NCBI GenBank assembly: GCA_002633005.1 | Contig: NMRA01000508.1 | Coordinates: forward strand, 103,250-167,249 | Length of the DNA stretch: 64,000 nucleotides | Direction of reading: 5' to 3' | Source of the DNA: Phoronis australis | Lineage: Eukaryota > Animalia > Phoronida | Shown here: positions 48,259 through 62,378 of the stretch, piece after piece | Layout of the letters: each line of letters begins with the position of its first letter | How positions within the stretch are numbered: position 1 is the first letter of the stretch | The notes under the pieces: model-generated | What the model was told of the DNA's origin: nothing | What the model saw: only the letters and a program-made list of their open reading frames with translations | The model's database searches: none | Made by a program: the position numbers and the translations under genes

Positions 48259-49633
48259 AGTTTTGCTTGTTTTCATTAACCCTTTCACGCCTAGTAGATA
48301 ATTTGCCTGCATGTTGGCTTACCAGACAAAAACTGCGCTCAGCAAGTAACAAAGGGGCAATCGCTCTACAGTATGTCTGGTAAAGTCAATGAACGTGAGA
48401 ATGCCCTCACCCTCATAATGAGGCAGCCCGTTATTATCAGTACAAACTCTTGGGGCTATTCTCGGGGTCAAAAGCTCGGCAGAATAGAATGCACGGGTCA
48501 CGTCCGAGAGTTGGCATTGCAACCGTGGTCACTTCAACCAAGGACTAAAAAGTCACTGTATATATGGACACGCAGAAATTAAATGTGGCGTGGGCGCCAA
48601 GTACGCAAGAGCATATTAGAAAATAATCACAAATTCAAAATATTAAAAATCCCAATAAACAGCGTCGTGCTCGGTGTGAAACGAACACTTGGCGTTGTGT
48701 TAGACAATTCCGCCTTGTTGGTGATACATGTAGATATGCGCGAGTCAGCGAACGTGGTTCTGGTGCAATGGCTGCGACACCTACAATGTAGCTTCAAAAC
48801 GGAACAACAAAAATGTCTCATTCAACTATAGCGCTCACACGCTCATTGTAAACTTCTTGCCGTAGCAGCTTGCACCTCTTTGTTGGTTAAATTCTGGAAA
48901 AACGGTACAGAGTATGTTCCTAGTTCAAACTCAGCAACATCGTTTTCAGGTGTGAAACGACTAGGAAGAGATGGCGAATGAAGAATCAACAAAACGTGCA
49001 CTGTTGGAGCGAGTTGTAAATTATATACAAAGAAGAAATGTCCAAAACGTAATGTCTATAGAAATGTATATTTTAACTATATATTATGAAAGCTGAATGT
49101 CTGCAGAATTTGATGTTTGCATTTTTACCAATCTGCCTTTTATTGGGCGTCAAAATGTGTCGATGTTGACGGCTTATATTAATTGTCGCACTCGGCGTGT
49201 ATAGGCTACTGTCACTCGGGTGACGGTGTCACAACCACAACTCACCAAGAACACGTCGTTCTTTAAACAAATTGCCTCATTGTGATAGATATGCGCCACC
49301 TGACATCATGTGCAGATAAATATTTCACCAGTCTGTGCGCGTCTGCAGCGGCAGCGGCAATGGTCGCTACCATCTGGCTAATTTGTTTTTTTAGTTACGT
49401 TATGACCTGTGCTAGCCAAAGCCTAACACGCATTCAACTCCACTATGAACGACTGTCTTCAGCTTTGCCTTTGTCTGATCAAGTCCACAACTTGTCCTAT
49501 ATTAGCATACTGAGGTGACGATAAAAGCTAGGAGATCGTGGGATGCGTTTTTTTCTCTCAATAAATTTTGTGAACTTGTAAGTAAGAAAAGCCGTAAAAT
49601 CTGGGTTTCTGCCATAAACATTATAATTTTTGG

Positions 49634-49829
49634 CTGCACGCGCTTGTAGGAGAGGATGTATGTTCACTGCACGTTCATATAGGAGAGGATGTATGTTCAC
49701 TGCACGCGCATGTAAGAGAGGATGTATGTTCACTGCACGCGTATGTAACAGAGAATTTATGTTCACTGCACGCGCTTGTAGGAGAGGATGTATGTTCACT
49801 GCACGTGCTTGTAGGGAGAATGTATTTTC
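49634..49829. repeat. 33-bp minisatellite, about 6 units
   Basis: Unit CTGCACGCGCTTGTAGGAGAGGATGTATGTTCA at 33-bp period. Confidence 0.9.
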
Positions 49830-51869
49830 GTAGCTTCTGTATCTACAATGCCTTTGCGTTAGTAATATACATGTATTGTCTGACAATAAGGTTTCGGTCA
49901 GTTTCTGGTCGAGGTATGAACTACTTTGTTTTTATGTACAAGAAAGCGAGCACATTGACCAACATGTATTGTTTCATACTGTCACGTGACGGAGGGTAGG
50001 TACATTCTGACACTTGTCCTGCAGACGGAGGCAATTTCTACCAAAGTACATCTTTTTTGTTCTTTGCACTTTAGTATCTTAGGCTCATCTATCACAATTT
50101 TCATCTTACACTCCCTAAAGTCATGGATAAGATTTGCGTCACCGACCATATGCTATCTTCTGTAGAGATGGAGTTCATTGATGAATTAATAGGTAAAACG
50201 CAGATCGATCAGCTTAAGTTATGAAAGTTTGGAAAGGTATAGGCAAACTACAGTACAGCTTAAACAAAACATTTTATTTCATTTGGGCCTTAGTGATATG
50301 TGGATGCGAACTTCAATTCGCCTGTTTTATCACAAACATCTGGATTTCAATAAAAATTGGCTGCCTATCAATCGGTTTGTCTTTTAACAACATATCTTTC
50401 TGACATCAATATTCGGCCCACTCGTAAAATCAAAGCGCGAAGCTTCAACACTGTTTAGATAATACATAAGTAGACCTAATGGCCCTTGATAACGTCAACA
50501 ATAAAACCTGTTCTGTTTGTATCATCAGTTTGATATCGGAAACACCTCGGCAACTTTCGTGATAGGAAAATACCAGGGGCGCTTTGGATGTTTGCATTCG
50601 GAAAAGCTTTAGTTTTTTCATACCCGCAATATCATCCGAAACAACTCGTAAATACACGATTTCTATTGAGTAGCGCATGCGCAGTAGCGTACCAAATGGG
50701 GTATTTCTTGGAACCTATACGGATGTTGTGGGGACGGTGAACGCCAAGTCATTTCCGCTTGAAACTACACAAGAACTACAGGTTCAGATTTTTTCATATG
50801 TCCATATTTTATTGAAACATTATTCGAACCCATTTCTGATGCAAGTGACGAATCAGGCTAATTGGCAAGTTCTTGCGTATTTTACGGACAACGCAGGCAG
50901 ACAGGACTAGATAACTTACTGCGGTTTGAAAGCCATGGTGTGTTCGGCATGATGCTGCTCACGAAAGTCACCAACTAGCATTTTTGAGTAGCTCCTATCC
51001 GCCTCACTACCTACACCTGTGGTAGGCTTTCCATGGAGGTTAGCGGGCAATGCAAATGTACAGCTGTCGCACTCACGAAGAATAGATGTAGCTGCCATAC
51101 GAACATACATTAACATGAAGCTCCTTATTTTTGACATGGGTGACGGGCACCGAATTTTACGCGGTCAGAGTACAAGACGTCAAACACAATTTATGATCGA
51201 AATATGTCTCGAATAATAAGTAAATGATACGTGGTCGCAAGCTCGTTACCAGAGATGAAAAGGAGACCGAGGTAGGCGATATAAGATCATTTATTATGAC
51301 TAATACAATTACAATATAATGAATACAGGTAAATAACGTAAAATGGTAATCTCTGGTAAGATGGGCAAAAAGCGCTACAAGAGATGTTGTAAGATAGCTC
51401 ATGCCCATCCACAGGGACACACGAAAGGGGATCGAGAAATGAAAGGAAAGATATGCAGGACTACTTATAAGTTTTTCCAGCCGGATACCCAACCCTAACA
51501 CCGGGAGCCAAACAGGAGAGGTAGGTAGGATTGCCCAGGGCTGAAACAGCTGTCGGTGTTGTCTCACCCCTTGTCGTGGCAGTAAGAAATGGATATATAT
51601 ATAACAAAAGTGATAAAGAACGAAAATATGATACAACAAATTAAATGGTAAGCTAAAACTTGAAAAATAGTGAAAACCGAGAAACTTGAGAAACATGGAA
51701 GGAGAGATACGGAAAGGCAAATGAAACGGAAGAGAAACTAAAAAATAAAAGACAATGAACAACAGAATCAAAACGGCTAATAGAAATAACAAATTAGCTA
51801 ACATAATGACACCGGGGATATTGTGACAAGAGAAGAAGGTGGAAATCAGGGACAAGGTGGGGGGAAAGC

Positions 51870-52173
51870 AGACATACGGATGTAGCCCTTAACAGCGGCC
51901 CATGCGTGGGATGACGGGCTTCGGGATGCCGTGAGACTTGTAGAGGGAGGGGTCAAAGGAGGCAGAGATTTTTACTGCGTTGAGCGTTTGGATGAAGAAG
52001 GAACGCGTGACTGGCGAGGAGTTTCGAGACGGAACAGGGGACCGGAAATGGAAGGATAAGGCCTTATAAGGAAGAAAAAAAGTTTTGGAACGTACGCCAA
52101 TGTGGACGAAACAAAGGTGAACTGAAAGCGAGGTTATAATAACAAAGAAAAAACGCCTAAGGACACGTGACAA
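51870..52173 (-). mobile_element. Tyrosine-recombinase remnant of a DIRS/Ngaro-type retroelement
   Basis: SPVTRSFFIQTLNAVKISASFDPSLYKSH..GIPKPVIPRMGRC..YIR resembles the YR C-terminus (PVTRxxF...LDPxxYKxHSFRIGAAT...IxxMGRW.S.A...YIR) with the RIGAAT block deleted. Confidence 0.6.
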
Positions 52174-53522
52174 TAATCAGCCTATAAGAGTCAAGAAACT
52201 GTGACCCAATGACACATACATGTACAGCTCGGTAAATGTTGGTCTTGATTCGAAAGTCGGCAAGTTAGTGACTCAGTGACCTATACACCTTGTTCACGAA
52301 GTCGCCATTTTAAAAGTAAGTCTCAGTAGGTTTTAAAAACAATGTATTGCGCGCTTATAATCACAGTCTTTATATTCATGTCTCAAATGCATTGTTTTCA
52401 TACCTAAAAAGAGGCTCACTACCATAGTGTGTTTGACCGGATGTTGTTGAAGAAAATCACGCACTAACAGGTTATATAGATCCTAACCACCTCAAGGCCA
52501 ATTGTGTGGTATTCCGTCTATGAAGATTCGCTGGCAATGCTTCCTCACTTATGCGTATGACACTGTCCAAAATCTCCGTTCATGCACCGACTCACAAACT
52601 ATTGGTCAACCAACTGCCAAACACGATGCACATAACACGACTTACGCACTCAAAACACAAATACCTCGCAATTCACAAACGCGACTTCCCGCATAACACG
52701 GTACATACATATAATGAGCACGAGTCGAAAACTCGCGTGTTTGTGAGTCAGTGAGTTGTTTTTAGTGAGTTCCTGCACCATGTTTTGCGATCGAGGATCC
52801 CGTGCGCCGTATACAAGTACTTGTGAGTTCGTCACGAATTGAATGCTAGGTAATGAGAATCTGTGGGAGCCGTGTTCATAAGAGTGCGACAGCTGTGACA
52901 TCCCTCCTGTTTGATACTGTACAATCAGTACGAGTCCAGAAAATCATAAGCAATCCACGGAGGGACTGTTATACCTTTGCTAAATTGACCTACTCTGTAG
53001 ACCGTTCATTGCATTACACTGAAAGAACTACAGGGAATATTTGTGTTACGTTGTATATGCTAGATTCATTCACCGATTCAATTACAAATTCATCACAAAT
53101 TTCATGTCAAAAGATCAAAAAATGTCAAGAAACAACCCCACTATGAGTCAACCAATTGTCGAATCAGAATTCCGCAAACACCATCTAACAACATGATAAT
53201 TAGCTGATCTGCGTATTTCCACGAACACACTTTGTGGTGTTAACTTGCACATTCTCTTTTTATTCTTATAGTTGCAGAAACGTCTCTGGAATTTTCGAAA
53301 ATTTTTGTTGTATTACAATAAGTTTTGGTGCCTGTTGTGGATACCATGAACAAATAGATTCAAGGGCCTCTGGTTCACACATTCATTTTTATCTTCTATC
53401 GTCTTTGAAGCGGGTGAGCGCGTTTGACGACAATGACGTGCACTCGTCCTCACCGTTGCCCTTCTTCCATTGTTACAGGCCAACCAAATACTGTCGTTCC
53501 CGGTCACCTGGAACTTCATTGT

Positions 53523-53680
53523 CAGGGGCGGATCCAGAATTTTGAGTTAGAGGGGCCAGGACAGAGTATTAGCTAGGATTTACCCTGTCACACAATACCA
53601 CCTTCGAACCGCAAAATGTTATCTGGGAGAATTTTAGAGGGGCATGGCCCCCCTTGCCCCCCCCTCTAAATCCGCCTCTG
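53523..53680. mobile_element. CAG-terminal MITE with 5-bp TSD ATTGT
   Basis: CAGGGGCGGATCCAG...CTAAATCCGCCTCTG, with ATTGT at 53518-53522 and 53681-53685. Confidence 0.8.
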
Positions 53681-54009
53681 ATTGTCATCTGAAATACCTG
53701 TTTGTTAAAATTTTAACAGGGCTGGTTGCTTGCAACTCCAATTTTTTCCTATGACCCTCCAGATGAGGCGCCACTGTTTTCCAGTGTAACCTCGGCTTCC
53801 GGTTATTGACCAGACGACGTACTTGCCGGAAGTAAAAAAGGTTTCCATACACCAAGATGGAGGCTTATGAAAAATTAATAATTGTCTACTCCGGGACAAA
53901 AATATGAGGAGCAAGTAAAAATTATCATTCAAGACACCAAAAGTGTATATGCTTCTCACATTGACGAAGCTTTACTGTTTAACATGTCCCTATTAAACAT
54001 TAGATCTTT

Positions 54010-55676
54010 CACTCTGTCATAAAGTACTTTCAAAAATAAAGAAAACAGAAAACTGCAATTAGAAAGATTAATAAATACTGTCCACCAGTTCGTTTAGAAT
54101 ACATGTACCTATTCTCAATTTTTTAGTGTTTGGCTAGAAATTCTTCAGGCCGAGTACGAAGAAATTAAACGGTAATACATCGACGGTTTAATATTGAGAT
54201 CTCGTGCTCAGTGGATAAAAAATGGTGAAAAACCAACAAGATTTTTTAGTGATTTAGAAAAACGTAATTTTGTTAATAAAAATATCTCAAGTTTAATAGA
54301 TGACAATGGTACATTGATTTGTAGTCAAAAGGGAATTCTGGAAGAAATAAAAAAATTTACTGTTTTAATTGCTTGATCCACGAAAACCAGAAAGGTTTTA
54401 TTGCTGGTAGATTCATTGGAGACAATTTTCGATTAATTTATGATCTTATCCGTGCAATTGACCAATTGAGTATCCCTGGATTACTGGTCCTGGTTGATTT
54501 TGAGAAGGCGTTCGACCCAGTTTCCTGCGTATTTCTACAAAAAACTGTCTTTTTTAATTTTGGCTCAAACATCAAAAAGTGGGTATCATTGCTCAAAGAG
54601 GGAGCTATGGCTTGTGTAATTCAATATGGAAAAACCTCTCAATTCTTTGAAATGGGTAGAGGCTGTAAACAAGGAGACCCTTTATCTCCCTATCTTTTTC
54701 TACTATGTGCTGAAATTATGGGAAATCTCTTTAGGAATAACAAAAATATAAAAGGTATCCAGATGGGATCTCAAAATTTTAAACTAGTCCAATATGCAGA
54801 TGAATCTGCTATCATCTTTGATGGTTCCGAAAGATCATTGAAAAAGTCTCTTGATCTACTTGACCAGTTCTCGAAGTACTCAGGTCTAACTCCAAACAAA
54901 AAACTTGTGTCTGGATAGGTACTATGAGGCAAAGCAATTCAAGGGTTTGTTCTGAAAAGGACTTAAAATGGTCTAGCTCACAGTTTACTATGCTCGGGAT
55001 TGTTTTTTCTGCTGACATTAATGAAATGATTCATTTAAATTTTGATCGCAAATTGGTTGATATTAGAAAGGAAATTATAATGTGGTCAAAAAGAAACTTA
55101 AATACTCTTGGTAAAGTTACTGTGGTCAAATCATTTCTTCCCCCAAAACTGATCCATGTTTTGTCATGTTTGCCAATCCGCAACACTCTGTTCAGTAAAG
55201 ATTTTGAAAAAATGTTGTTTAATTATATTTGGGGAGGAAAGTGTGACAGAATTACTCTCAAAACCATGATTCAACATTATGAATCTGGTGGTTGTAAAAG
55301 GATAGATGTTTACTCTTTCGTAAAGGCAATTAAGATAACATGGATGGGTAAGATCTTAAAAGCCACAAATTCTACAACATGGTTAAGTCTCCTATTGAAC
55401 ACTGATTTGATATCATTGGAGTGTCTAAAATCTGGGAACTATTTCTACAAATATACCGCTTCTCAAACTGAGAACCCTTTTTGGAAGGAACTATTTAACT
55501 TTCTGCATGATTTTTCTAATGTAATAGATCAGGAGGAAATACCATATCAGCCAATCTTGTGTCTTCGCAAGTTCCATTTATATAAGCAACGTATCAATGG
55601 TAAACCTCCAAATTTAATTATATTAACAAAAGAAAATAACATTTATTACTCCTGTGAAAAATATATTTATTCATAA
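54010..55676 (+). mobile_element. Tx1/L1-type LINE ORF2 remnant (reverse transcriptase), internally deleted and frameshifted
   Basis: RSRAQWIKNGEKPTRFF, QKGFIAGRFIGDN, DFEKAFD, GCKQGDPLSPYLF, QYADE (catalytic YADD mutated) and WSKRNLNTLGKVTVVKS. Confidence 0.9.
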
Positions 55677-58600
55677 AATTTACAAATAGAAAAATTTACA
55701 AACAGGTGGTCACAAATGCATAATTTAATAGCAGTGTAAGGATAATTTATCATTCCAAAATACTATCTCCCCTTTTCAGAGCCATATCGTACTACACAGT
55801 CCTGTATGTTTTTTCAAGTATACATTTAACTTAGTAAACTTGAATTGTAAAGTGAGGCAAGGGAAGCCCAGATCTTTGTCAGTGCTTATGTTGAACAGGG
55901 ACAATAAGAAAAACAAGGAGGCCCAGCTTGACAATGCAAATTTAAAGCTTTTATAGTAACTGGATCTCTAACAGACGTTTCTGTCATCTAAGACGCTAGG
56001 GTGTAGGCCAGCCGAAATTATAAATTTCTGTCCTCTAAGAGTCCCCCCTCTAATAGAGGCCGGATCTCCGCGCACGTTAAAAATTAAGGTTGGACGTTCA
56101 GCACTCCAAAGTCACCGATCCAAAACAATAATTTCCCCGCCTCTTCGTTCCCCTGTCTCTATGTTCCCCGTCTTTTTGCGCCCCTGTCTCTTGTCCTCCA
56201 TCCCGATTTCCCCGTTTCAATGCTGGAATTTTGTATTGGCCATGCCTCCGAAAAAAATGGCAATAGCAGCTAACAACTCGCAATAACTCGGCTTGCTATA
56301 CTTGACCACTGCTATTGCTTGACCTCCAACACGGCGCATTTCCACGTACTGATGACATTCTCTATGCAAAATACAGCATTTATAGAAATGTAGCTACACT
56401 ACTACACGTGACCTTGACCCAATCCTTAACACAAGGCATGAATCACCTCAGCTGAAATTTGGCAAACATAAACACGCCAATACGTCAAACAAGTTACGGT
56501 CACCACGTTTCCCATATATAGCGTTATAATTTATTACAAAATGTCTATAATAAACGAAGTTTCTCAACCATACACACGCCGGCCTTAAATTGGCGAGTAA
56601 AAATCTGCCAAATTATCTCCAGGTTTGAGATACATGTAGTTGCCATCTTTTATGGATGTAGGCTCTTAATTCGCATCAAACGTATCACTTTCATGCCAAG
56701 GGAAACTTGGCAAGGGAAATGTGGTTCTCCCCTAGTAAATTATAAATAAAATGTTGGGCCTTAGATGAGGAATGGGAACTGGACCGTAAACAGAACTTTT
56801 CAAAAAGGTAATCTGAGAACCGTCTTGAGTTTGATAAGGTGTTTCTTTGTGAAGATATGCGTCAACGTGGTTAATTTGCTTTGTAAAACTCAGATAGGGA
56901 ACCTGTTGCAGTAAACATGTACCCTTGATTTATTATCGTTTGACATTACATTCCAATTTCACTGAGGCGTGCATTGCGCTCTCGAAAACCTGACGTAAAA
57001 CTTAGCTTTGATCCTCGCCGATCACTTGTTCAAAATAGATTCATCTGATTTTGACGAATGACAACATGTTTAAAGTCTAACTTAAACCGATTCCTGTACA
57101 TGATCGTTGATCGAAGTTCTGGCCGCGTGCATCTGCATTATGTAACAACAAATGAAGACAATTTAATCGGTGTCCCGGGAAAAGTTTGAATCATTATCTA
57201 AAAACGGTCAACTTGAACTCCATTGACCGCATGAGAACTTTTTCAACGTCTTTTTAAAGGCTCGCCAGGTAAGAGCAAAGTTTTTGACTTGCGCTGTTAG
57301 ACAGTCCGTGTCTTACCCTCTGACACAGCGCCACCTATACTGGAAACTGGTCCTGTGGAAACATGATGAACGACACATGGAATTTCGTGTGTGGGTGTCA
57401 ATGCGCATGCTTGGACGGGAGTAATTCGATCACATCGCCGCCACTTGCACACGCCTTCTATACACTGTACATGTACTTGTTTGGGCTTAAGCCACTGGAT
57501 CGGGATGGCCTTGATTTTGTTTACTTAGATCACTGCCTGTTTTAACAAAGTGCACCTATCCAAGTCAAAGCTGGTCGCCATACTCGGTAACAGTATACTG
57601 AAATGGGGGTTTCCAGATTTCAACCAATGGGAATGGCTGGATGTTAGGACGTCGGTTTCATTACTTTAACCAATGAGAAGCCATGCTAAACCACACACGA
57701 CAGTGCCACCTTTCGTACCACGTTGCATGGGCGGCGCAGAGTGAAAGAAGTGGAGGCTATGTACCAAACCCCTCTCCCACAGCCCCCTAATGCGCGCCGC
57801 CCGTGCGGCGAAAGAGTGTAAGACTGAGTGAGACGGCAAAGAAAAATGAGAGAGAAAAACCGACAACATATCGACAGTATCAACTGGTAATTACTGGATC
57901 GCAGACCGGAAGGTGCAATTGTAGGACAATGTAGACGAACAGCGAGGTGTTGCAATGTATTTGAACGTTTAAGTTCACCAATCCACAATGACCTTATCGT
58001 TCATCACTTCCCACCAGAAAAATACAAGAGAATTGAGAAAATGATTATACGACGAGACGTCGAAGGAGGGCCCTAGGCCTGAGTAAGCACGTGGCTACTC
58101 AGCTTTCAGAAGATGGAAAAAGTTATGAAGATTTCTTTATCAGTTTTCATGGGCGGCGCTGCGCCTCCCATGGTCCATAGGCGCTGCACCACACGGCCGC
58201 TGGGGGGGGGGGGGGGTTAGCCCAACTTTTTTCAGTGCTGCGCAGTTACATGTGGACAGTTAATCTTGTCGAGTTAAAATTTTTCGTTCATTCAAAAGAT
58301 TTAGTAATGCGCAATGGAATTTAACTGTTTTGTTAATTACAGTAAAACTTTTTCAAAATGCCAAACATTTATTAATGCCACTCGTACTCCACAGACCCGG
58401 TCTCAATCTGAGACTGCACCACAGATCACGTGGCTCATTAGTCGCGGTCGTAAGACCGCCTGCTTTAGTCAAAGTTTATTTTGTCAGTTAAAATAAAGGT
58501 GTTGGTTTCGGGTAAATACAATTAACTGGGTGTACTTAGCGATCTTACGCAAAAAGACGCCCTATTTAAACGTTATAGTTATTGCATTTTGTTAATAATT

Positions 58601-60813
58601 CATGGCCAACGGAACTATACATGTAGAGATTCGCTCAAAAGCAAACAAGTCAACATCCCGATCGGCACAACAGCAGCTGGACTCAAACTAGTTCTATACA
58701 AAGTTCGTCCACCTCCGTGTGACGATGTCTTGCGCATTGCTGGACATAGTAATTTATACAAGTACATGTACAATAAAATGTCACAAGGGCGAATTGTATT
58801 GAATGAACATAAATGGTTAATGTTTTCCTTGCCTATACCAGAAGTGCCGCTACATTCCGGAGAGATTTTCGTGCGTAACACGCAGTAAATGAAAATTCTA
58901 TTTGATAGAGCACACGTGTAATTTATTGCAAAAATGTCCGATTATACATGTATGTAACTAAAAGGCCAACCACCAAAACGGCGAGGAACAGCTTCCTATT
59001 AGTGTTAATAGCTTGCCAGGACGTTATAAAAAGGTTATTTCCTCATGAGAAGCGCTTTAAAAGAATAAATATAGGTTATTACACGGCGAAGACGTTATCC
59101 CCCGTAATCTAGAGCCCGAGTGGATTTTGGAGAATTATAGCCCAAGAGGCGTTAGCTCCGAGGGGGATAACGACTGAGAACATGTACTAATCTATTTATA
59201 CACATACACAGCGAGAAACGTTGCAATGAATCTATGTTAGATGAGGTCGTGAAATTTTAAGAAACGCCGAGTTATTTTTGTTAAAATATTGTTTTTACTC
59301 AAAACCAGTTGAAAATTTAAAAAAATAGAAATAAAGTGAATCTATCAAATAAGTTTAAGCAACTATTTTAGCTTACTACACATGTTATCATGCTAAGCTT
59401 TTGATCGTGAAAATATCGTCTGCTAAAGTACTGTAGGTTACCACTGGTTACTGAGTATAATGCAAAAGTCAAAGGATCCCGACGACGCGTTACCCGCATT
59501 CAAACTGGAGATCGCTTATTTACAAGAGCGAGAAAGTGAGGTATGAATTTCACTGAATTTCAATGTCGTTTTTATTGAAATTTTGCGTCCTATTTTTCAT
59601 AGCGTGCAAATGTCGGCCGTTTGTTGAACATGCGATTATTGCGCGTGATCTATTTTCACGTTCGATGATGTTGCTTAGTAATGCAGTGATTAAGTCGACG
59701 ACGGCCTCTTTTTCCCGCCAAAAAGTTATTCAATGCCCGTTGAATAACTAAATGGGTTACTTAACGGTTGTATTGGCCATGTCAGGCTAATAATGTGGTA
59801 TAAGTTATTTTTATGATAAGTTGGTTTTTCATTGCCAGCCTAGGTTGCATAGGAAAAATGGCATGGTAAAAACAAATAAGGTATTTGTATGTGCTTTGGC
59901 TTGGTGTGCACACCGACTTGCTTCATTTAAACTTGGCTTAAAGAAAAAAGCACCCACTCCCATCAAAAGCTACACAAGTGAGATTTTGAATGCCGTGACT
60001 TGCAAAGTCATCCACAAACACCTGATAGGACATTGATGACAAAAGTACAGTGAACATGTAGGCAGGGTCTCATGCATTGGCGCCGTCAGCCTCTCACAAA
60101 AATGCGAATGAATTCCTCGCTAATTTTGAAAGATACAACCCAACACCCAGGTTTTGTTTTATTTCCTTGTTGCCATTTAAAGCTACACAGGTTAAAGTCT
60201 TCGGTCAAATTTTTACCCTGCCAGTAAGAATATTTTCCATAATGTTGCCACTGGTGACTCTCCACCAAAGACCGAAAGGTTTTCTTTGGGCTGGAAATTC
60301 GGATACACCCAAGGTGTCGGTCCGCAGACACGTGACACCATAGATTAAATTTGTGATGGCACTTGCGATTATAACTTGTCATCACTTGCTTGACTCATAA
60401 CAATGACCGAATCTTGTGAACTCCTTTTCTCGCGACAAGCTTACTCTACATGTACGGAGCGCAAGTGTTAGGATATCACGTGACAAAATCAATGGCAATA
60501 GAGCACGAATACACTGCGCAGAATTGAATAAAACTATTCAAAGTTTCCTCAGACAAAACCTTATTTTCGTTGACATTTTTTACTGAATTATTTCGACTTC
60601 CTTACATTAACTCGTTTTCCTTGTGTTTTTGGTTTCGAAGCCTGCGAAGCAAATGGCCGTCGACACCCGTGACGAACCACGTGACCTTCAGGAAGCATCT
60701 CACTCGAAGCCCCGGCACATATTCCTAGACACAAATGTGTGTAGTTCTAGCGTACAGGTATGATACCTAAAGGCATAGTGCTGTTGCAAGCGCTGACCAC
60801 CAAAATGCTTATG

Positions 60814-61099
60814 CATAGGCGGATTTAGTGGCGGGGGGCAACAACAGCGTGAAGCGTGAGGAAATATTGAGTTCAGCAAGTAGTACCGGCAGAGTGGAGA
60901 AGTGAGGGGGAGAGGGCCAAGATCGCGGCGGGATTGCGTTCACGTTTTTTTTCGTCGACAGAATTTTGGACCAGAAACTTCATAATCCCGACCCCCACAA
61001 TTTTCGGCCCGCCTGTGCGCATGCAATCGCACTTTGCCCGATTCCCCGAAGCAACATGTTGTCCCCCCTTATGGTATCCTACATGTAGATCCGCCACTG
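60814..61099 (-). mobile_element. CAG-terminal MITE, imperfect 5-bp TSD, with 6-bp insertion in the TIR
   Basis: CATAGGCGGATTTAG...GTAGATCCGCCACTG flanked by TTATG/TTTTG. The right end is homologous to 1584-1625. Confidence 0.7.
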
Positions 61100-62223
61100 T
61101 TTTGGTGTAGCAATTATAACTACTGGTTATCAAACCTGTTTGGGTATTTTACGAATCGTGCTTTGAATGGGGCAAAGGCTATTCGAAACATTATATATTT
61201 TAGGCTCAGTGCGGAAGTGAGTGGGTCAGTGAAGTAATAAAAATATAAAAATTTCAAAAATAGTTATAGCTAAGCGCGAATGTCGAGTTGTTTTTGCAAA
61301 AAGGGGAAATAATTTAATCCCACTCGGCAGAGTGGAGGCGGAGAAAAGCGCAACTTTGACGAGTTTGAGGGTGGTAAGTCAATACAACCTTACAAAACCG
61401 ATTGTGCGTCTTTAACGCATATGCCACGACGCTACCGTTTGGCATGCGTCCAACACATATATATATATAAAAAAGTTGTGAGTCTAGCACTTATGATTCG
61501 GCTGACGCGGAACCAAACAGGTAAGTTGAAATCATCACCTACTTTAAAAAGAAGATTGGAAACTACACAGAACAGAGCATGGATCCGTCTTTTTAATTTC
61601 ATGACAATTGAACGGTTTTGTCAAGCAACTAAGATAGTTCACTATTAATATTGTTTTCACTATTACTATTTTTGCGGTCAATTTCGGTGTACCTGCATAG
61701 TGAAGTTGACATGCTAAACAAGAAATAAATATGTTGATATCAGTTTTTTAAACCTGTATCACACGTACGTCAACTAACGACACGAATGTGATGCTCTCAT
61801 GTGAGTGAAAGTTGCAATTTTTAAAAGTTCGTGTTTTTCTAAGTCAGTGAATTTTGCTGTTTATATTAATACGCGTTTGTAAATGGCGACCAGATGGGCA
61901 ATTTGGTGATGATTCAGTTTGTCTTTTAAAGTTACTCCGGAGAGTTATTTTGAGTGAAACGTGTAGTTTTTGTGCAACAGACTTGTTTAACCCCACCTAA
62001 GTTTTATTTCAAATACGACTTTTTTCAAAAGTTGAATACTTAACGACGAAACTTAAGTAGTTGACCGGATGTATTTTTTTCTAAACAACGTGTGGTTAAC
62101 ACTGAAACTTGGTTGGTTATGTAATATTAAAACACCAATATTTTGTCACCTCATTGAGAGTAAAAACAAGAATTCAAACTACAAAATACAAATTTTGATA
62201 ACCCTCCTCCTTCAAAGCCACAT

Positions 62224-62378
62224 CATTGGCCGCGCAGCACAGAATTAACTGGGGCGACTGTAGCCCCCCCCCGCCCCCAGGCCCCTATGGTGTGACGCCC
62301 ATGGACGACAGACGATGCAGAACTGAAATAAGTGGGGGTTATAACCCGACCCCAATCCCCAATGGTGCGTCGCCGATG
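62224..62378. mobile_element. CAT-terminal MITE (internal dimer) with 5-bp TSD CACAT
   Basis: CATTGGCCGCGCAGC...GGTGCGTCGCCGATG, with CACAT at 62219-62223 and 62379-62383. Confidence 0.65.

Noticed and set aside
49634-49829. Regular 33-bp repeat as CRISPR-like array or repeat-protein ORF
   Set aside because: Contiguous units without unique spacers, no cas genes and a eukaryotic context. The ORFs are by-products of a period divisible by 3.
51157-51855. 232-aa hydrophobic ORF as a membrane protein
   Set aside because: Low-complexity T/C-rich strand next to a YR relic, non-ATG start and no domain.
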